Source: Promethearchaeota archaeon (GTDB lineage: Archaea; Asgardarchaeota; Lokiarchaeia; Sigyniarchaeales; SOKP01). Taken from it: DNA of 64,000 bases. The translations under genes were made by a program, and so were the position numbers. Each line of letters starts with the position of its first letter. The stretch's first letter is position 1. The stretch is from contig JBHLNF010000004.1 of NCBI GenBank assembly GCA_048937405.1, positions 160,001 to 224,000 on the forward strand. The letters are read 5' to 3'. Shown piece after piece: positions 51,093 through 61,761 of this stretch. The notes under the pieces were generated by a model. That model made no database searches, had not been told where the DNA came from, and worked only from the letters and a program-made list of their open reading frames with translations.

Positions 51093-52160
51093 ATGGAAAC
51101 AGTACATAAGGTCTTTTTCAAAAATTCAAATGACATGAGAGAGATTGAGCCAAACTCTATTGATTTAATGGTAACTTCTCCACCATATCCTATGATTGAA
51201 ATGTGGGATCAATTATTTTCTTTATTAAATGAGGATATTAAACAAACTCTCCAAACAGGGGATTCTAAAGAGACATTTAATTTGATGCATCAAGAGCTAG
51301 AAAATGTATGGAGAGAGGTTACTCGTGTATTAAAACCTGGAGGAATTGCCTGTATAAATATTGGGGATGCTACTAGAAAAATTGGGGGATATTTCCAATT
51401 ATTTCCTAATCATATTAAAGTTTCTGGCTATTTTAATGAAAATGATTTTGTAGAATTACCGTGCATATTGTGGAGAAAACCAACAAATAGCCCTAATAAA
51501 TTCTTAGGGTCTGGGATGATACCCCCAAATGCGTATGTTTCACTTGAGCATGAATATATTCTAATTTTTAGAAAAGGGATTAATAAACGAAAATTTTCTC
51601 CGAAATCAGAAAGAAGATATAAAAGCGCATTTTTCTGGGAAGAAAGGAATAAATGGTTTTCTGATATTTGGTATGATATTAAAGGAACTTCTCAAATTCT
51701 GAATAATAGAAGCAAAAATCAAAATAAACTGAGAGAAAGATCTGGAGCTTATCCATTAGAATTACCCTATCGTTTAATAAATATGTTTTCTTTGTATGGA
51801 GATTCAATTTTGGATCCTTTCTGGGGAACAGGAACAACATCACTCGCTTCTATGATCTGCGCTCGAAATTCAATTGGATATGAAATTAACTCTGAATTCA
51901 TAGATATATTTAAGAAAAATTTAAAAAATCTTACACAATTGAATGATGATTTTAATAAAGATAGACTTAATCATCATATTAAAAACATGAAAAATTTTAG
52001 AAATCTCCAAAAAGAAATTAAATATAGATCTACATATTATAAATTTCCAGTAATTACAAATCAAGAAAGAGAGATCTTATTATATAAAATTACAAACTAT
52101 ACAGAAGAAGAAAATAAATTCATTGTAAAACATCAAAAATATGATATTATTGATAATTAA
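51093..52160 (+). CDS. DNA methyltransferase, N4/N6 family, beta class
   Basis: VTSPPY precedes ILDPFWGTGTT. Confidence 0.92.
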   Translation: METVHKVFFKNSNDMREIEPNSIDLMVTSPPYPMIEMWDQLFSLLNEDIKQTLQTGDSKETFNLMHQELENVWREVTRVLKPGGIACINIGDATRKIGGYFQLFPNHIKVSGYFNENDFVELPCILWRKPTNSPNKFLGSGMIPPNAYVSLEHEYILIFRKGINKRKFSPKSERRYKSAFFWEERNKWFSDIWYDIKGTSQILNNRSKNQNKLRERSGAYPLELPYRLINMFSLYGDSILDPFWGTGTTSLASMICARNSIGYEINSEFIDIFKKNLKNLTQLNDDFNKDRLNHHIKNMKNFRNLQKEIKYRSTYYKFPVITNQEREILLYKITNYTEEENKFIVKHQKYDIIDN

Positions 52161-52252
52161 AAAATTTTTTAAAATCCAATCTCGTGCAGAGTTTTCATCA
52201 AATAACTTCCTTTTAAAGGTTTTTTTATTTGAATCCTTATTTTGGATTTATA

Positions 52253-53113
52253 TCACTTACAATCTTCAGAATGCTGGAGATTAATTTTTATAAATGCTTC
52301 TTCCTGAGTATTCCGTTGTTTAGATTTTACGGATCGATTTACTTGATGTAGATGTTTCATCGCGTTATTTTTTCCTTCCTTTATGTTTTCAATTAATTCT
52401 TCCTTACTAAATCCACCAGATATAACTAGTGCTGTTTGAAAAGTATGATTGGGTTCTAATGTCATAAATTTTATTTGTAATGCTGATAAAAGTTCGCCTT
52501 GTCCTTTATATAACGTATTGGAAAGGCTCATACTATTCTGATTGATTGCGAAATCTTTTGTTAAGCATGACTCGTAGTTTGTAGATTTTGAAATTGGTGA
52601 AAATCCTCCATATAAGCCTGTTTCATCATATTGGTAAATTATATCATTTTCTTGATCATAACCAGACATATCATTATCATAACCAGCAAGGCCATTAATA
52701 TCAAAATCAAAGACAAAATAAATTGAAAAATCTTTTAGAGAATAATCAGAAATATTTTTTATCGTAAAAAAAGTATTAATATAGGGAATATGAGGTGGAT
52801 TGAAGATGTCTTTGTAGACTCGAACAAATTGCTTTTCTTCATTAGGTATTGATTTTAATTTGTGTTCCCTAACCAATTTCTTGAGATACTCTGTAATATT
52901 AAAATCTAAAGTTATTCTACTTAAAGCAATCCCAGTACGGGTATTAACTAAATTATAAATTGGTGTTGATTCAATACTTTTTAAAATCACTGGAATTATT
53001 CCGATTTTCGCTCCCTTTAGTTTAAAACTGAACCAAGGACCAGTTAATTCTTGTTCACTAAGATAAATCAAATATTTTCCCTTATATGTAAGTTCTTTAA
53101 TTGAAAATCCCAT
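52253..53113 (-). CDS. Hypothetical protein
   Basis: 286 aa ORF; beta-rich 'FDFDING' region. Confidence 0.6.
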   Translation of the reverse strand: MGFSIKELTYKGKYLIYLSEQELTGPWFSFKLKGAKIGIIPVILKSIESTPIYNLVNTRTGIALSRITLDFNITEYLKKLVREHKLKSIPNEEKQFVRVYKDIFNPPHIPYINTFFTIKNISDYSLKDFSIYFVFDFDINGLAGYDNDMSGYDQENDIIYQYDETGLYGGFSPISKSTNYESCLTKDFAINQNSMSLSNTLYKGQGELLSALQIKFMTLEPNHTFQTALVISGGFSKEELIENIKEGKNNAMKHLHQVNRSVKSKQRNTQEEAFIKINLQHSEDCK

Positions 53114-53280
53114 GATATATCCAGCAACGTTTCATGTGGCAAAAATTTCATTGAATAATACTTTTAAGACTATTTTCTGTAAACCTCCTTATTTTAATTT
53201 TATTTCCCAAATAATTTTTCAGATAATTTATCATTTATTTAATAGAATTATAATTTATAAAAGAGTTTGAAATAAAAAGA

Positions 53281-54264
53281 TTAAAGAGATTCAATAACTC
53301 TGTATGCAATATATAAAAAAGAATCATTAACATTTTCACCTGTTAAAGCTGACGTTAAAATATAGTGGAATCCATATTGTTTAGCAACATTCTTCAAATC
53401 TTCTTCAGTTACCACAAGTTCATCAACCAAATCGGATTTATTTCCAACTATTACAATAGGAATATTTCTTGGAACAGATTTCTTGATATCATAATACCAT
53501 GTTTCGATACTTTTTAAAGCATCTGATCGAGTTCTATCTAGTACGATCAATGCAGCATTAGCACCATTGTAGAAATTTGCTCTATAAGGTGCCATTTGTT
53601 GAACTTGACCTCCTATATCCCAAATTATAAAATTAAATTTAGTTTGTTCACTAAGGTTCACTGTTTTTTTACTAATTTGAACTCCTATAGTAGAAATGTA
53701 ATCATGGTCAAATTTATTTTCCACATATCGTCTAATTAATGATGTTTTGCCCACTTGATTATCTCCACATAGTATTAGTTTATTTGAATATTCTCTCTTC
53801 ATATTAGGGAGTTGACCTCCACGTGTTTTTGCCAATGCTTTAATAATTTCGGGAATTTTTGGTGAAACCTCCTCATTTGTCGAAAGTATCAATTCTATCT
53901 TCGAAGCAATATGTTCAGAATATACTTTTAATTCTATATCGGTAGTTTCCTGATCTGCTACTGTAGATACAATTGAATTTGGCCCCATTGAACTAAAGAC
54001 AAACTTTTTATTACCTGTAGACGTGATATTGAAAAAATTATCAGAAGCACCAAATTCTGATTGAATCCTGTCAATATATGAATCAAGCATAGCAGAAAGA
54101 GCACCAATGATTTCATCGGATTCATCTTCATTTTCTTGTTTCGATTTTGATGCTATTATAAAGCCATTCCTGTCACAGATTGCTACCCCCAAAAGTCCTT
54201 CTATTTCTTCAAAATAATTTTCTAAAATTTCTTTTAGTAGGTGAGAACTTGGAAGTCGTTCCAT
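53281..54264 (-). CDS. Roadblock domain fused to a Rab-like GTPase
   Basis: N-terminal 'VAICDRNGFIIAS...IIGALSA'; GDNQVGKTS, STIG, WDIGGQ, GNKSD, TSAL. Confidence 0.92.
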   Translation of the reverse strand: MERLPSSHLLKEILENYFEEIEGLLGVAICDRNGFIIASKSKQENEDESDEIIGALSAMLDSYIDRIQSEFGASDNFFNITSTGNKKFVFSSMGPNSIVSTVADQETTDIELKVYSEHIASKIELILSTNEEVSPKIPEIIKALAKTRGGQLPNMKREYSNKLILCGDNQVGKTSLIRRYVENKFDHDYISTIGVQISKKTVNLSEQTKFNFIIWDIGGQVQQMAPYRANFYNGANAALIVLDRTRSDALKSIETWYYDIKKSVPRNIPIVIVGNKSDLVDELVVTEEDLKNVAKQYGFHYILTSALTGENVNDSFLYIAYRVIESL

Positions 54265-54386
54265 AATTAATCAAACTTCGAGTTTATTATATTAAGAATA
54301 TAAGATCTCTAAATAATAAATATATTCATTTAGATATTATTTTAGTCATATTTCTGAAGATATCACCATAGTATATCATTTTTTAT

Positions 54387-54578
54387 TTGAAATTTCAACT
54401 AATTTTAAGTATGATAGAAAATGTATCAAATGAGTCAGAAATTATAGATTATGAGGAAAGTATTGCTGAAATCTTAGACCGAGCAGTCAATTTGTTTAGA
54501 AAAACAAATCTCACAGAATTAGCAGATAAATGGGATCGAATCTTAAAAACCTATAATTTAAGAAAAAGAAATCAATAG
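54387..54578 (+). CDS. Small hypothetical protein
   Basis: 63 aa ORF (probable ATG at 54411) filling the gap between genes. Confidence 0.4.
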   Translation: MKFQLILSMIENVSNESEIIDYEESIAEILDRAVNLFRKTNLTELADKWDRILKTYNLRKRNQ

Positions 54579-54593
54579 AGCAACGCTTTTAAA

Positions 54594-56510
54594 TCAGTTA
54601 TTTAGAGCGTCCATATAATTCAGAATATATTTTCGGTTACTTTCAGATATTTCATATAGATCAAAAACTAAATCGTCAAGTTTCTTCTGAAGAAGTTTCA
54701 TATTATTAAAATTATTAAGAATTTTTTTAACCAATTCTACTATTTTTTTTGCCTTTTGCCTACATTTATCAGAAATTGGAATTTTAATTGGAAATTCCTC
54801 AATTTTTTCAATTAATATTCTTGGGAATAATTTTTTATAAGTACCGAATGATTTTATGAAGAAATATGATAAAAGCATGGAATTTATTATTCCCAGTAAG
54901 TAAAAATGATTAAATTCAGAAATGGGGGATTTCTTGATTTTTAAATTGTAAAATGACTGAGATGTGAAAGATAATTTTTCCACATATGTAGCGCATATCA
55001 TATTTTCTTGGTTTAACTGTCTAATAACTATTCTATCTTCATATAGACTTAATTTTTTATAATTTATTCCAATTTTAGATATATCAATATATTTATATTT
55101 AATTTGCTGATATCGTCTAATTGAGTATAAAAATGGTTTATATTTATCAATAAATGAATCTTTTGGAAGTTTGTCGTAAATAATTTTTTCAGTTTTTTCC
55201 TTCTTCAAAAGTGAATTACATTCGCGACACTTTAATAAATCTTTAGGAACTGGTAAATATTTTTTACATTTTTCACAGTATATTATTTCTCCTGTTTTAG
55301 TTAACTCAACTCCTCGACTTAATAAAAATATATAATCATTTTTAGTGTTTAATTCCTTCAATTTAATGAAATTTGTTGCTAAATACTCTTTTATTGAGAT
55401 ATCTACCTTGTTTAAATGAATTAAAAATTTAAAGTTCCATTTTTCAATTTCTACCTGCGGGATTGTCTTTTCTCTCTCATTAGTATCTTTAATGATAATA
55501 TGGTTTCTGTTTCTTTCCATTAAATTACATTCTTTCTCTAAAATAATAATGATATTTGAAACTACAGGATCACTAAATTTTGGACCGGAATGATAAATTT
55601 CTTTAATTTTAGTATTATTATATATAAATTTACGAATGATAGATCGATTTGATAAAGCTAAGAGTGAATCTGGAACTATATAACCTAATATACCATGAGG
55701 TTTAAGTAATCTTACTCCAAGTTCTATAAAAATCTGATAATAATCATACTGACCTTCATTGGTCCTGAAATCTTGATTTTCAATAATCTGTCTTTGATCA
55801 CGGGGAATATCCCTAATAAATAAATAAGGAGGATTTCCCACCACAAAGTCATACTTTTCGGAGTGATCTATTGCTAAAGCATTATTGTTTTCAATATTGA
55901 ATTTAGGTAAACAATAGTTTGAATCGGTTTTTCTTATCACTTTTAAAACATTAAATAATTCAAAATGAAGATTAATTTGACAAAGAATACATGCAATTTG
56001 ATTAATATCTATACCAAATACATTATTTCTAATTACTAAAATTACATTCTTAGCTTCTTTCGATGATAATTCACTAACTTCCCTCTTGTCATAAATTTCA
56101 AGGTATTTTCTAACTAGCCGTCTTACCACTTGAATGATAAAGCTTCCAGAACCACAACTAATATCAATAACTTTTTTAGTTTCAATATTATTTAGACTAT
56201 TATAACCAGAAGCATCTAATATATATTCTACAACTGAAATGGGTGTGTAGAATTCACCAAATTTTTTCTTTTTTTTATCATTTCGCTGTTTTTCATATAA
56301 ATTACTAATAATATCAATTTCTGAATATTTAATATCATCAGAATTTCCTTTTTTTTTTAATCCTACTTTATTCTTTTTTGATAAAATAAGATTTTTATAA
56401 ATCTCATCAAAAAATAATTGCTCAGATTTGTCTCTGTAGTTATATTTATAATATTTTTTTACTTTTTCTATGATGTTTTCCTTTTTCAGATATTGAACAA
56501 AATTTAACAT
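54594..56510 (-). CDS. N6-adenine DNA methyltransferase, gamma class (TaqI/Eco57I-like) with C-terminal specificity domain
   Basis: GEFYTP, DISCGSGSF, VVGNPPY; CxxC...CxxC insert; 'YLLGIINS' TaqI_C-like region. Confidence 0.9.
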   Translation of the reverse strand: MLNFVQYLKKENIIEKVKKYYKYNYRDKSEQLFFDEIYKNLILSKKNKVGLKKKGNSDDIKYSEIDIISNLYEKQRNDKKKKKFGEFYTPISVVEYILDASGYNSLNNIETKKVIDISCGSGSFIIQVVRRLVRKYLEIYDKREVSELSSKEAKNVILVIRNNVFGIDINQIACILCQINLHFELFNVLKVIRKTDSNYCLPKFNIENNNALAIDHSEKYDFVVGNPPYLFIRDIPRDQRQIIENQDFRTNEGQYDYYQIFIELGVRLLKPHGILGYIVPDSLLALSNRSIIRKFIYNNTKIKEIYHSGPKFSDPVVSNIIIILEKECNLMERNRNHIIIKDTNEREKTIPQVEIEKWNFKFLIHLNKVDISIKEYLATNFIKLKELNTKNDYIFLLSRGVELTKTGEIIYCEKCKKYLPVPKDLLKCRECNSLLKKEKTEKIIYDKLPKDSFIDKYKPFLYSIRRYQQIKYKYIDISKIGINYKKLSLYEDRIVIRQLNQENMICATYVEKLSFTSQSFYNLKIKKSPISEFNHFYLLGIINSMLLSYFFIKSFGTYKKLFPRILIEKIEEFPIKIPISDKCRQKAKKIVELVKKILNNFNNMKLLQKKLDDLVFDLYEISESNRKYILNYMDALNN

Positions 56511-56725
56511 TCGAAATCATAGGTTAAATCCTATTTTTTTAAAATAAAACACAAGAGTTTATTTTCTTTTTTATTTGTAATTTAATATATTTTAATAAAT
56601 AATGTATTAACATAGGTTAATTGAAGAAATGAGAATTTTAATTTAAATAAATGAAATAATAACAAACTTAGATAAATATAAATTATAATTTTTTTGTTAG
56701 TTAATCAGGGATTCATGAATAAACT

Positions 56726-57823
56726 ATGATAGTAAATATCTTCATAATTATTATATCAACTATAATTTCATTAATTGGAATATTTTATGTCTGTCTTAAT
56801 CGAGCGAATTTCGGTAATTCACTCACTTTTTTTTTAACTAACACTGTATTCCTATTTATGGAAATTTTTTTTCTGGGATCGTTTCTCTTCTCTTCTAATA
56901 TTAATCTTAATGAGAATATCGCCCTAGGTTTATGGAATTTTTCAATCATTTTTTGGGTATTCTCTATTGGTATCTTTAGTGTCTTACAGAAAATAATTAT
57001 TAGATTTGAAGAAAAAACAATTCTATATACACTCTTTTATTCATTAATTATTGGTATGATTGCAGGATTAGTTTTTTTTTCCAATTCAACTATAATAATT
57101 TCTGATAATGTATATTACAAATTCAGATTTGATAACTTATTGCTATTAAGTCTTCTTTTAATTTATAATCTAATCATAATACTTGTAATGTGTTATAATC
57201 TCATCAAGTATTTTTCCAGCATTCGCAACATTAAATCTCAACGAATAATTAGTATGATCACTATTCATTTTTCTTCTCTTATTTTCATATACTCAATGAA
57301 TATTATTACTCAAAATATTATATTCGTTTATATATATGCTATTGTATCTCTTGTAAATGAGATTTTAGCAGTGTATTACATAATTAAAAAATCCTTTCTT
57401 TTCATCGAATTTACTAATAAGATCCATGATTTCATTATATTCCACCGAAGTGGAATTCTATTATATTCCTATAATTTTGAAACTGGAGAAGAAACAGATG
57501 AGGCTCTCTTAAAAGGGTCAATACTCATTGGGATTAATCATATACTCTCCAATTTTATAGACAGAAAAGATCAACTTAATCTTATCAAAATGAAAAATAG
57601 AGATATTATCCTTGAATATGACAATATTCATGGGTATGCTCTTTTATTAACTACTAATCATAAAAATGCTTTTATTAATAAAGCGGTTAATAGTTTTATG
57701 ACAAAATTTTCTTCTATTAATGGGGAGATATTGAAAAATTTAACTGGCTTAATCGATGTTTCAGAATTTCGGAATGCAAAAGAAATTTTATTAGAAATTT
57801 TTGAACCTTTTTTAACAAAATAA
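56726..57823 (+). CDS. Multi-pass (about 7 TM) membrane protein with C-terminal longin-like domain
   Basis: Hydrophobic N-terminal about 220 aa, then 'IIFHRSGILLYSYNF...GSILIGINHILSNF'. Confidence 0.75.
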   Translation: MIVNIFIIIISTIISLIGIFYVCLNRANFGNSLTFFLTNTVFLFMEIFFLGSFLFSSNINLNENIALGLWNFSIIFWVFSIGIFSVLQKIIIRFEEKTILYTLFYSLIIGMIAGLVFFSNSTIIISDNVYYKFRFDNLLLLSLLLIYNLIIILVMCYNLIKYFSSIRNIKSQRIISMITIHFSSLIFIYSMNIITQNIIFVYIYAIVSLVNEILAVYYIIKKSFLFIEFTNKIHDFIIFHRSGILLYSYNFETGEETDEALLKGSILIGINHILSNFIDRKDQLNLIKMKNRDIILEYDNIHGYALLLTTNHKNAFINKAVNSFMTKFSSINGEILKNLTGLIDVSEFRNAKEILLEIFEPFLTK

Positions 57824-58019
57824 TCATTTAATTAAAATTATAACTCAAAGTATAAATATCCTTAATATCATTTGTGTAATTCTGTTTTTCTAATATTAAA
57901 ATGATTAGAAAAAAATTTTTTTTAAATGCATATGTTTTTATTCAATAAGATTACATTATTTTTAATGGAAATCATATCAATTATAGATTAATAGAAAATA
58001 TTCTTAATTGAATTAAAAT

Positions 58020-59165
58020 ATGTCTGAAATTTTATATATAATACCTTTAATCATGAGTTTTATCATCCTGCAAAATGTTAGCATTTATACAATAATTTTT
58101 TTTTTTACTCATCATGAAAAATTTGGAATAAAGTTTAATGCAATATTAAATTCAATATCCATTTTTCATGCATGTATCATTTATTCAGGATTATATTTCA
58201 TTTCTGTAATCTTCTTCTTTTCTGAAGTTATTAATATTATTCTATGGAAAATTTCTCTTATATTTGGTTTTATTAGCTTAATGTGGATAGCTTTAATGTA
58301 TGCTTTCCTTAAGGAATTTAAAAAGATTCCATATTTTCCCTTTTTATATTTTATGATAGTCTTTGGGCTTTTATTAAGTTCCTTTATGATGCCTGATTCC
58401 ATTCAAGTTTCTGTAAATTATTCCAATTCGACTCCGTTTTTAATTATAGATGGTTCAAAAATAAATTATAAATTCAATTATATAACTGGATTACTCACTG
58501 GAATTTATCAAATATCTTTTGTGTTATACTTTATATATTTATCCTATGCAATTTTTAAAGAAGCAAGAAATAGAGCAGCTTTAAAAGGATTAATCCTCAT
58601 TTCATTTACCTTTATCTTCCCAATTCTAATGTTTATTTTTTATATTGCATTCCAATCATGGATTTTTAGAGAACTCTTTATTTTTTTATTATGGATTGAT
58701 TTAATCTCACTATGTTTAGTAATCATAAAGAAACCCGAAGTTTTTTCGGAATTAACAAATAAAATATATTATATCAATATTTATCATAAATCAGGTATCT
58801 TACTTTTCTCTTATAAATTTAAGAACATAAAAAATGAAGTTGATTCATCCATATGGGGAAATATTCTAATAGGGATTAATCACATATTATCTGAATTTGT
58901 ATATACTAAAGATCATATAGATGTGCTTCAAACTAAGAATTCAGATATAATTGTTAATTATGATAACTTAGGATTTGCTGTAGTTCTAATAACTAACCAT
59001 AAAAATGATATTATAAAAAAATTAATGGATAACTTCTCAAAAGAATTTCGTAATAAATTTAAAAGTGAGTTAACTGAAATTCAAGATCTTAATAAATTAA
59101 TTAATGTCTCCGAATTTAAAGAAACTAAGGATATCATAGAAAAAAACTTTCAAATATTTCTATGA
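58020..59165 (+). CDS. Paralogous multi-pass membrane protein with C-terminal longin-like domain
   Basis: 'IYHKSGILLFSYKF...GNILIGINHILSEF...LINVSEFK' closely matches the upstream gene. Confidence 0.75.
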   Translation: MSEILYIIPLIMSFIILQNVSIYTIIFFFTHHEKFGIKFNAILNSISIFHACIIYSGLYFISVIFFFSEVINIILWKISLIFGFISLMWIALMYAFLKEFKKIPYFPFLYFMIVFGLLLSSFMMPDSIQVSVNYSNSTPFLIIDGSKINYKFNYITGLLTGIYQISFVLYFIYLSYAIFKEARNRAALKGLILISFTFIFPILMFIFYIAFQSWIFRELFIFLLWIDLISLCLVIIKKPEVFSELTNKIYYINIYHKSGILLFSYKFKNIKNEVDSSIWGNILIGINHILSEFVYTKDHIDVLQTKNSDIIVNYDNLGFAVVLITNHKNDIIKKLMDNFSKEFRNKFKSELTEIQDLNKLINVSEFKETKDIIEKNFQIFL

Positions 59166-59375
59166 GAAAAAAGATTCTTTAAATCAGCATTATATTAAGA
59201 ATTTAATATAGAATTTATAAAATATTATAAAAAAAAAGAACTTGTTTTATTTTCATTCTTTTAATTGATCAGAAAACTATTACTATCTAAACATTTAAAA
59301 AGTCAAATTTTTATGGATAAGCTCAGAGAATATAATAATAATCTTTATTAATAATTTGAGGAGTGTTTTTTTAAA

Positions 59376-59576
59376 ATGGAAGTAATTCAGGACCTTGAAT
59401 GGTCAAATGATTGGAAAGTAATTGTAGGTATTTTTGAAACTATTGATCTGCTTAAATCCTTATTTAAAAAATTAGATGTGCCATATTTAAGAGAATTACA
59501 ACAAAAAATGCTTATTTTAAATCTTGAAAAATATGCTTGGTCTTTGCAAAATTATATTATTGAGAAGTATTCTTAA
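59376..59576 (+). CDS. Small hypothetical protein
   Basis: 66 aa ORF with ATG and an upstream GAGGAG. Confidence 0.6.
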   Translation: MEVIQDLEWSNDWKVIVGIFETIDLLKSLFKKLDVPYLRELQQKMLILNLEKYAWSLQNYIIEKYS

Positions 59577-59742
59577 TCAGATATATATTTATAATTCTTT
59601 CTATAGAAAATATATAGGATAGTTGTTTCTATTTTTAAGCTCTGGCTAATATACTAGTATTTATTAAACCCTAGATAGATTTAATATCAATTTAATAAAT
59701 TAATAAAAATCAAAAAGAAAAAGTGTTAATTTTAAAAGGAGT

Positions 59743-59892
59743 AAAGAACAGCACTTTGGTTTTAGTAAACGTCAAAAATGGAGTTTTGGAATTGGGTCTT
59801 TTGTTCAGTGGTTTATAAATACAGCATTTAATATATATGTTTTTGCCTAATATTTCATTGTCGTGGGATTGAATATTAACTAGTATATGCTT
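59743..59892 (+). pseudogene. N-terminal fragment of a GPH/MFS_2-type transporter
   Basis: KEQHFGFSKRQKWSFGIGSFVQWFINTAFNIYVFA*YFIVVGLNIN*YML; two stops, then truncated. Confidence 0.45.
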
Positions 59893-59902
59893 GATATCGA
59901 AG

Positions 59903-60640
59903 TTAAAGATGATTAATATCTGCTAATTTTTTCTTAAAATTTTTAAAAAGTTCTATAAAATTAATTTTTATCATCAGATATGCCATAATAACAATGAAAT
60001 ATAGCGTAAGTATACTGATTACCCAATTTTCTCCTCCTAGCAGATTACATATGTCAAACAAGTTATAAGCAAATATTAACATTAATCCAAGTTTACCAAA
60101 CCATATCCAAAATATTGTTTTTTTCATGTCATATTTTATTAGACCTAAAGGAACGGTTATCACATCATCATTTAAGGGAGTAAGTCCAAAAAAATATATA
60201 AGAAGTGGAGCTATTTTTGGGTGATTTACTAAAAATTGTTGATATTGTTTCAAATTTTCATTTCTTTCAGTTGAAATCAATTCAGAAGTCCCCCTACCAA
60301 TTAAATATCCTCCCATTTCTCCAACTAAACTGCCTAATGAAGCTATAAATCCAATTAATAGAGGTATAAATATATTCATTTCTCGAAATGGTTTAGTACT
60401 AAAGCAAACTACAAAAGTATATGGTGTAGGAACTGGAATTAAATTCCCAATCAGACAAACCAAAAAAGTGATAATAAGACCAGAACCTAAATCTTGAAAT
60501 TGAGGATATCTTGAAATATTTTCTATAATTTCTCGATGAGAAGCATTAATTAGGAGATCAAAAGAAATAATTGTTAAAATTATTAAAAAAATTATAAAAA
60601 TAAAATCAATCTTTTTCAGCTTAATTTTAGGATTCACCAT
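59903..60640 (-). CDS. VTT/DedA (SNARE-associated) membrane protein
   Basis: GNLIPVPTPY, 'GSLVGEMGGYLIGRG', 'LTPLNDDVITVPLG', GK. Confidence 0.82.
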   Translation of the reverse strand: MVNPKIKLKKIDFIFIIFLIILTIISFDLLINASHREIIENISRYPQFQDLGSGLIITFLVCLIGNLIPVPTPYTFVVCFSTKPFREMNIFIPLLIGFIASLGSLVGEMGGYLIGRGTSELISTERNENLKQYQQFLVNHPKIAPLLIYFFGLTPLNDDVITVPLGLIKYDMKKTIFWIWFGKLGLMLIFAYNLFDICNLLGGENWVISILTLYFIVIMAYLMIKINFIELFKNFKKKLADINHL

Positions 60641-60697
60641 TTTTATGATATGTTAGGTAATAGATTTTAGAATAAATAAATAATATTTCAATTATAT

Positions 60698-60850
60698 TTA
60701 GGACATTGACGATAAGACAATAACAACACCAACGAATACATTAACAAAAAACGTTAGAACAATAAAAATAGTAAGGTTTCTTTTTCTTTTCTGTTTTTTC
60801 TTTAAAACTTCTTTATATTGCCGAGATGTTTTTCGCTTAACATGAGACAT
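60698..60850 (-). CDS. Small tail-anchored membrane protein (50 aa), not in the ORF track
   Basis: MSHVKRKTSRQYKEVLKKKQKRKRNLTIFIVLTFFVNVFVGVVIVLSSMS; co-oriented between the gelsolin and DedA genes. Confidence 0.55.
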   Translation of the reverse strand: MSHVKRKTSRQYKEVLKKKQKRKRNLTIFIVLTFFVNVFVGVVIVLSSMS

Positions 60851-60882
60851 AGTATTCTATTTTAAATAATATAATTCTAGGA

Positions 60883-61578
60883 TTAATTGTTATTATTTTC
60901 AATTTTTTTTAAGAGTTCGGTCAGTACTACATTATTATATGAAAAAAGCATACGGGGAATATAATTTTCAGCTAAATAAGGACCATCCTCAACTTCCTCT
61001 TTTAATGGAAAAAGCTGTTTCTCCTTTATAACAGATCCTAAATAATTTCTATCATACTCTTTATAACCAAATATTTGATTTTTAACGATAACCATTTTTC
61101 TTTCATATCCTTCTGGAATACCCGCCTTCTCTAATAGTAAAAGTATTTTTTCTCTGGACAGAGATTCAAGTAATTCTAAATCTTCTTCAGTTCCTTCATA
61201 AGCAGGTCCTGTTTGAGCTTCAGTATTATCAATCTCCTTTTCAATACCCGCTAATATCTTAAATCCTAAAGTTTCATTACCCTCATCAACTGCAGCGATT
61301 TTAAAACCAATACCATATCTATCCCTAACGCTAGGCGCTAATTTAGCTGCTATAAACTTCATTCTTGTAGTTGTATTACTTCCATGCCAAATCCATACTC
61401 TATACCTGGTGGGATCAACAAAAAGTAAGATAAAATCAGGATCTAGTAATTCATATATTTCAATATCATCCGTTAACTCTAGTTCTTGAAAATCATTTAA
61501 TTGATCATTATATTGAAATACAATAATTTTTTCTTTATCCAATTCAAGTACAGTATCATCTGACATAATGGTGGCCAA
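60883..61578 (-). CDS. Gelsolin-like domain protein with C-terminal extension
   Basis: 'LLDPDFILLFVD...VWIWHGSNTTTRMKFIAAKLA...VDEGNET..F' gelsolin-repeat pattern. Confidence 0.8.
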   Translation of the reverse strand: MATIMSDDTVLELDKEKIIVFQYNDQLNDFQELELTDDIEIYELLDPDFILLFVDPTRYRVWIWHGSNTTTRMKFIAAKLAPSVRDRYGIGFKIAAVDEGNETLGFKILAGIEKEIDNTEAQTGPAYEGTEEDLELLESLSREKILLLLEKAGIPEGYERKMVIVKNQIFGYKEYDRNYLGSVIKEKQLFPLKEEVEDGPYLAENYIPRMLFSYNNVVLTELLKKIENNNN

Positions 61579-61722
61579 AAATTGTTCAATATATATTACT
61601 AAATAATTTTACTAATATATTATTCTTTGTAATTTAAATATAAAAGATTCTGTTATACTTAAAGTATTGGCTGATCTATGCGGGAAGGGAGATTTGAACT
61701 CCCGAACTCCTACGAGAATGGG

Positions 61723-61745
61723 TTTCAGGTCAGGGAAATTGACAT
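61723..61745 (-). other. Anticodon-loop tRNA intron (22 nt; 37/38 or 38/39, ambiguous by one A)
   Basis: TCAG/CTGA central helix and GTCA/TGAC intron stem. Confidence 0.85.
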
Positions 61746-61761
61746 TCTGAGCCCATCGCCT

